In this document: in pieces, positions 59,331 to 64,000 of the stretch
How positions within the stretch are numbered: the stretch's first letter is position 1
Layout: each line of letters begins with the position of its first letter
From: Flavobacteriaceae bacterium
GTDB lineage: Bacteria; Bacteroidota; Bacteroidia; Flavobacteriales; Flavobacteriaceae
Assembly (NCBI GenBank): GCA_034005285.1
Contig: JAVEUZ010000010.1
Span: forward strand, 619 to 64,618
Length of the DNA stretch: 64,000 bases
Direction of reading: 5' to 3'
Notes under the pieces: model-generated
What the model was told of the DNA's origin: nothing
Databases searched by the model: none
What the model saw: only the letters and a program-made list of their open reading frames with translations
Program-made: the position numbers and the translations under genes

Positions 59331-60488
59331 ATGCCTTTTTATCACAAACTCGGAGAAATACCGCACAAAAGACATATACAGTTCAGAAAACCCGACGGAG
59401 AATTGTATTATGAACAACTTTTCGGAACAGTAGGTTTTGACGGTATGTATTCAAACATATATCATGTTCACCGTCCTACTCAGGTAAAAGAAATTTTGAA
59501 ACAATATAGTGTGGCTCCAAAAATTGCAAAAACCAATAATATGCAATCATATCGGCTATATGGCTTTGAAACAAAACCCGAAAAAGACTATCTCGAAAGC
59601 CGGAAAATTGTATTGACAAATCAGGATTGTCACATCACACTGGCAGCTCCGCAGAACAAAACACAAGACTATTTTTATAAAAATACCGATGCTGATGAAA
59701 TGATTTTTATTCATAAAGGTTCAGGTACATTGCGTACTTTTATTGGAAATTTGGATTTTAAATACGGAGATTACTTGGTGATTCCTAGAGGAATTATTTA
59801 TAAAATAGATTTTGACACAGAAGACAATCGTTTGTTTATTTTAGAATCTCGTCAGCCAATTTATACACCAAAAAGATATCGAAACTGGTTTGGGCAATTG
59901 CTCGAACATTCGCCGTTTTGCGAACGAGATATACGCCGTCCCGAAAAGTTGGAAACCCATGACGAAAAAGGAGAGTTTCTAATTAAAGTGAGAAAACGAG
60001 ATGAAATTTTTGATATGCTTTATGCTTCGCACCCGTTTGACGTAGTGGGTTATGATGGTTATAACTATCCGTATGCTTTTTCAATACACGATTTTGAACC
60101 TATAACCGGACGCATCCACCAACCACCGCCGGTACATCAGACTTTTGAGACTTCGGCATTGGTTGTGTGTTCGTTTGTGCCACGTTTATACGATTATCAT
60201 CCACTATCAATTCCGGCTCCGTACAATCACAGCAATATTGACAGCGATGAAGTGTTATATTATGTTGATGGCGATTTTATGAGTCGAAATGATGTGAAAC
60301 CCGGTCATATTTCGTTGCACCCGGCAGGGATTCCACACGGACCGCATCCGGGAGCTTATGAAAGAAGTATCGGAAAAGCAGATACAAAAGAACTTGCTGT
60401 GATGGTTGATACTTTCAGTCCTCTGATGGTTACAGAAGAAGCTCTGAAAATCGCAGACGACACATACTATAAAAGCTGGATAGAATAA
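59331..60488 (+). CDS. hmgA: Homogentisate 1,2-dioxygenase
   Basis: NTDADEMIFIH.GSG, HPFDVVGYDG, PPPVHQTF, YNHSNIDSDEV and LHPAGIPHGP. Confidence 0.93.
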   Translation: MPFYHKLGEIPHKRHIQFRKPDGELYYEQLFGTVGFDGMYSNIYHVHRPTQVKEILKQYSVAPKIAKTNNMQSYRLYGFETKPEKDYLESRKIVLTNQDCHITLAAPQNKTQDYFYKNTDADEMIFIHKGSGTLRTFIGNLDFKYGDYLVIPRGIIYKIDFDTEDNRLFILESRQPIYTPKRYRNWFGQLLEHSPFCERDIRRPEKLETHDEKGEFLIKVRKRDEIFDMLYASHPFDVVGYDGYNYPYAFSIHDFEPITGRIHQPPPVHQTFETSALVVCSFVPRLYDYHPLSIPAPYNHSNIDSDEVLYYVDGDFMSRNDVKPGHISLHPAGIPHGPHPGAYERSIGKADTKELAVMVDTFSPLMVTEEALKIADDTYYKSWIE

Positions 60489-60498
60489 GAACGGTTAT

Positions 60499-60942
60499 AT
60501 GAAAACCCTGATGAACAAGCACAAGTTGTCGGCAGACCCGATGTCACTTATATTGTCAATCATCGCCATTGTTATCATTATTCCCGGTTTTTGTTGCGGA
60601 TATTTTATTTTTGTTCCGTTGATTCTCGGCATTATTGCCTTGGCTACGTCAAACAATAGTTTAAGTGTTTACCAAAAAAATCCTGATTATTATCTGTTGG
60701 AAAGCAGAAATAATGTGCACAAAGCAAAAATTATTAGTATCATTGTTATCATAATAAGTTCTATAATATTACTTCTCAACATAGTTTTTCGGATTTTTTT
60801 TAATGGTTTTTACCCATCAACATTTTTTGAGCAGACAAAAATTTTTAAAGAAAAAACAGAAGATTCAGAATATATATGGGAAACAGAGGAATATGATATT
60901 TATGAAGAAGATACAATTTATTACATAGATTCAATACAATAA
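60499..60942 (+). CDS. CCC-motif/DUF4190-like membrane protein
   Basis: Three TM helices with GFCCGY and ILGIIAL. Confidence 0.6.
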   Translation: MKTLMNKHKLSADPMSLILSIIAIVIIIPGFCCGYFIFVPLILGIIALATSNNSLSVYQKNPDYYLLESRNNVHKAKIISIIVIIISSIILLLNIVFRIFFNGFYPSTFFEQTKIFKEKTEDSEYIWETEEYDIYEEDTIYYIDSIQ

Positions 60943-60963
60943 AATTAATAAAAAATTACAATT

Positions 60964-62124
60964 ATGTCACAAGAATTAAAATCAGTAGAGTACGGATTAG
61001 AAAAGATTTTTGAAGGAGCACAAGACTTCCTTCCAATTTTAGGAACAGATTACGTTGAGTTTTACGTAGGAAATGCCAAACAAGCGGCACACTATTACAA
61101 AACCGCTTTTGGGTTTCAATCAGAGGCTTATGCGGGTCTGGAAACAGGCTTAAAAGACAGAGTTTCGTATGTGATAAAACAAGATAAAATCCGTATGATT
61201 TTGACAACAGCTTTGAATTCGCAATCACCAATTGGAGAACACGTTAAAAAACACGGTGACGGAGTAAAAGTTATTGCTCTTTGGGTAGAAGATGCAAGAA
61301 AATCTTTTGAGGAAACCACCAAAAGAGGGGCAAAATCTTTTATGGAACCAACGGTTACTTCAGATGAAAACGGAGAAGTAATACAAGCGGGAATCTATGC
61401 TTATGGAGAAACGGTTTTTATGTTTACAGAACGCAAAAACTACAAAGGGCTTTTTATGCCGGGTTATGTAAAATGGGAATCGGATTACAATCCTTCACCA
61501 ACAGGACTAAAATTCATCGACCACATGGTAGGAAACGTAGGTTGGAATCAGATGAATGTTTGGGTAAAATGGTTTGAGGAAATAATGGGATTTGTAAACT
61601 TCTTGTCGTTTGATGACAAACAGATTACAACAGAATATTCTGCGTTGATGTCAAAAGTAATGGCAAATGGAAACGGAAGGATTAAATTCCCGATTAACGA
61701 ACCGGCAGAAGGAAAGAAAAGATCTCAGATTGAGGAATATTTGGATTTTTACGAAGGAGAGGGAGTGCAGCATATTGCTGTAGCAACTGATGATATCATC
61801 AAAACAGTTTCGGATTTAAAATCACGCGGAGTTGAATTTTTGTCCGTTCCTCCACAGGCGTATTATGATGCAATTCCCGAAAGATTGAAAGACCACATGC
61901 ATAAGTTTAAGGAAGATGTAAAAGAGCTTCAGAAACTCGGAATTATGATTGATGCTGACGATGAAGGTTACCTACTTCAAATCTTTACCAAACCAGTAGA
62001 AGACCGCCCAACTTTGTTTTACGAAATCATTCAAAGAATGGGAGCAAGAGGATTTGGAGCAGGAAACTTCAAAGCTTTGTTTGAATCTATCGAAAGAGAA
62101 CAAGCACTAAGAGGTACGCTATAA
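60964..62124 (+). CDS. hppD: 4-hydroxyphenylpyruvate dioxygenase
   Basis: HGDGVK, IDHMVGNV, KFPINEP, GVQHIA, YLLQIFT and GFGAGNFKALFESIE. Confidence 0.96.
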   Translation: MSQELKSVEYGLEKIFEGAQDFLPILGTDYVEFYVGNAKQAAHYYKTAFGFQSEAYAGLETGLKDRVSYVIKQDKIRMILTTALNSQSPIGEHVKKHGDGVKVIALWVEDARKSFEETTKRGAKSFMEPTVTSDENGEVIQAGIYAYGETVFMFTERKNYKGLFMPGYVKWESDYNPSPTGLKFIDHMVGNVGWNQMNVWVKWFEEIMGFVNFLSFDDKQITTEYSALMSKVMANGNGRIKFPINEPAEGKKRSQIEEYLDFYEGEGVQHIAVATDDIIKTVSDLKSRGVEFLSVPPQAYYDAIPERLKDHMHKFKEDVKELQKLGIMIDADDEGYLLQIFTKPVEDRPTLFYEIIQRMGARGFGAGNFKALFESIEREQALRGTL

Positions 62125-62147
62125 TAGCTTTTATAATAACATCATTT

Positions 62148-62174
62148 AAAAACAAGCCATAAAGGCTTGTTTTT
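62148..62174 (+). terminator. Intrinsic terminator after hppD
   Basis: AAAAACAAGCC-ATAAA-GGCTTGTTTTT(TT). Confidence 0.8.
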
Positions 62175-62243
62175 TTGCTAATGTTTAGTTAAAATAGCGT
62201 TTTTATTGAAAAAATTTCAAAACAAACAGCTATCTTTGCACCG

Positions 62244-62361
62244 TAAAGAGGAAGAGTGGTTACTTTCTTTTTATAAGTGAAAATTTTTCATAATTTATAG
62301 TTTTTTGGTTAGTTAATAGCATAAAACCCGATAATATATCGGGTTTTATGCTGTTTTTTTT
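62244..62361 (+). ncRNA. Candidate sRNA with its own promoter and terminator
   Basis: -7 box TATCTTTG at 62231-62238, a 5' hairpin, a U-rich core, then a perfect 15-bp hairpin (62318-62352) with a T-run. No ORF on +. Confidence 0.55.
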
Positions 62362-62398
62362 CGACTATATTTTAGCAATAAAAATAACTTGATTCAGG

Positions 62399-63565
62399 TT
62401 AATAACTCATCTCTATAATATTCTTAATTTTTTCTAAGGTTACTTGTCGGTTTTCGCCTAGACCTTTCCAGCCTCTTTCTTCAAAACGTTTTAGAATAAT
62501 TTCAGAAGTTTTTTCATAATCTGAAATATATTCAGATAGTTTAGTATTCATTCCCATTTTATGTAAAAACAATACTGTTTTTTCTATAGCTTGAGTTGCT
62601 TTTTCATCAAGTGAACCTTCTGTAATGTTCCAAACACGTTCGCCATATTGAGCCAATTTTTCTTTTTTTACATCAAACATAACACGGTATAGATTTGGAC
62701 CAATGACAGCCAATGTTCTCGCATGGTCTATTTCGTATAGTGCCGTCAGTTCATGTCCAATCATGTGTGTTGCCCAATCCTGCGGAACGCCTTTCTGAAT
62801 GAGCCCGTTAAGAGCCATTGTACAACACCACATAAAGTTGGAGGCCAGTTTATAATCAGAAGGGTTTTCAACAACTTCCGGTCCGATTTGAACTAATGTT
62901 TGCAAAATACTTTCTGAAAATCTATCCTGCAAAAAAGCGTCGGTTAGATAAGTAAGATATTGCTCCATGACGTGTATAAAAGCATCAACAACCCCATTTT
63001 GCAGTTGTCTTTTAGGTAGAGATTCTATAACAGTTGGGTCGCACACTGAAAACTTTGGAAACAAAGCACTACCGCCTAAAGTAAGTTTTTCTTGAGTCGT
63101 TTCAATAGAAATAACAGCCCCGGAATTCATTTCGCTACCAGTTGCCGGTAAGGTTAGAACTGTTCCAAACGGAACTACTTTAGAAACATCTTTAAACAAT
63201 ATTTTTTTTCTAAGAATATCTAACGTATCTCCGTCAAAATGTACTGCTCCAGAAATAAATTTCACGCCGTCTATTACACTTCCACCACCAACAGCCAGTA
63301 TGAAACCGATTTTTTCTTTTCGGATAATCTTTACAGCTTTCATCAGGGTTTCATATTTTGGATTTGGCTCTATTCCGCCAAATTCAACAATTTCAACACC
63401 ATCAAGAGCAGATTTTACCTGATTATAAATTCCGTTCTTAAAAATGCTTCCACCGCCATAAGCCAATAGTATTTTGATGTTTTTGGGGATTAATTCGTCT
63501 AATTTTTGTATTTGACCTTTCCCAAAAATATAATGCGTTGGGTTATATAATTCAAAGTTTAGCAT
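62399..63565 (-). CDS. Iron-containing alcohol dehydrogenase (YqhD/BdhA family)
   Basis: YGGGS, GIEPNP, LAVGGGSVIDG.K, TLPATGSEMN and HMIGHELTA. -7 box (CAAAGATA on +) at 63588-63595. Confidence 0.92.
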   Translation of the reverse strand: MLNFELYNPTHYIFGKGQIQKLDELIPKNIKILLAYGGGSIFKNGIYNQVKSALDGVEIVEFGGIEPNPKYETLMKAVKIIRKEKIGFILAVGGGSVIDGVKFISGAVHFDGDTLDILRKKILFKDVSKVVPFGTVLTLPATGSEMNSGAVISIETTQEKLTLGGSALFPKFSVCDPTVIESLPKRQLQNGVVDAFIHVMEQYLTYLTDAFLQDRFSESILQTLVQIGPEVVENPSDYKLASNFMWCCTMALNGLIQKGVPQDWATHMIGHELTALYEIDHARTLAVIGPNLYRVMFDVKKEKLAQYGERVWNITEGSLDEKATQAIEKTVLFLHKMGMNTKLSEYISDYEKTSEIILKRFEERGWKGLGENRQVTLEKIKNIIEMSY

Positions 63566-63635
63566 AAGTATTTAGTTTAGAAAGTATCAAAGATACGAAT
63601 AACAAATGCCGAATCTGCCAAAGAATGTTGAGGAA

Positions 63636-64000
63636 TTATTTGACATAAAAACCACACCTGTCGATATATTCCCATACCTTTTCGGGAAGCATAGGGCGTA
63701 TGTTTTTTTCGCTTTTGATACTTTCGCGGATAAATGTTGAAGAGAGTTCTATAACCGGAGCTCCGACACGGTGGATTTTCGGGTGGTTGATAAACTGTGT
63801 GTCTATTTCTCCCGATGCCATTCTTGGATATACATATATATGATGATGCTTTAAAATCACCTCATAATTTTTCCATTTATGAAGCGAGTTGAGGTTATCT
63901 TCGCCCATAATCAGTGAAAACTCATGTTTTGGAAATTTTTCCTGCAAATATGCCAAAGTATTCACCGTATAATTTGGCTGCGGAAGTTTAAACTCAATAT
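63636..64000 (-). CDS. nadD: Nicotinate-nucleotide adenylyltransferase (5' end lies outside the window)
   Basis: Frame continues to the edge (IEFKLPQPNYTVNTL...). Contains IMGEDNL..L.KWKN and ISST-like LSSTFIR. Confidence 0.9.
   Translation of the reverse strand, partial: IEFKLPQPNYTVNTLAYLQEKFPKHEFSLIMGEDNLNSLHKWKNYEVILKHHHIYVYPRMASGEIDTQFINHPKIHRVGAPVIELSSTFIRESIKSEKNIRPMLPEKVWEYIDRCGFYVK

Noticed and set aside
62272-62292. Minus-strand mini-ORF MKNFHL* with a good leader
   Set aside because: Only six codons, lying past the Fe-ADH terminator with no minus-strand promoter. The promoter/terminator pair points to a + strand RNA.
1-64000. IS elements, prophage, integrase, rRNA, defence systems
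   Set aside because: No transposase, recombinase, phage, rRNA or defence-gene signatures were recognised.

Overview
Flavobacteriaceae-type (Bacteroidota) chromosomal window, AT-rich, with TAnnTTTG -7 promoter boxes in front of many genes. Gene order from left to right: hflX (5'-truncated), a ~615 bp gene-free AT-rich gap with DnaA-box-like 9-mers (oriC candidate), rnr, a LysE translocator, tRNA-Cys, folB, the gliding-motility/T9SS operon sprC-sprD-sprB-sprF on the minus strand (SprB-like adhesin of 3745 aa), glnS, an SPFH protein, an OM beta-barrel, gltX, a GNAT, a DUF4175-like protein and ybeY. Next come a cluster of parS palindromes with two low-GC orphan gene cassettes between ybeY and mnmG, a methyltransferase, ompH/skp, lspA, a frameshifted small lipoprotein, 5-formyl-THF cyclo-ligase, a PLP decarboxylase, DUF3108, Trp 2,3-dioxygenase, an M23 peptidase and pgi. 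The right end holds a GbsR/MarR-regulated RND efflux operon plus USP, CYTH, uvrC, a patatin-barrel protein, hmgA, a CCC-motif protein, hppD, an Fe-ADH and nadD (truncated). No IS, prophage, rRNA or CRISPR is evident. The most unusual signals are: (1) a parS-anchored, repeat-bounded gene-cassette array at ybeY-mnmG; (2) a promoter/terminator-bounded candidate sRNA at ~62.24-62.36 kb whose core is antisense to a typical start-codon region, including that of sprF; (3) a ~183-nt 6S-like structured RNA before hmgA; (4) repeat-rich regulatory DNA and alternative hairpins at the sprC start. All folds and family calls are by eye and from memory; no database search was run.
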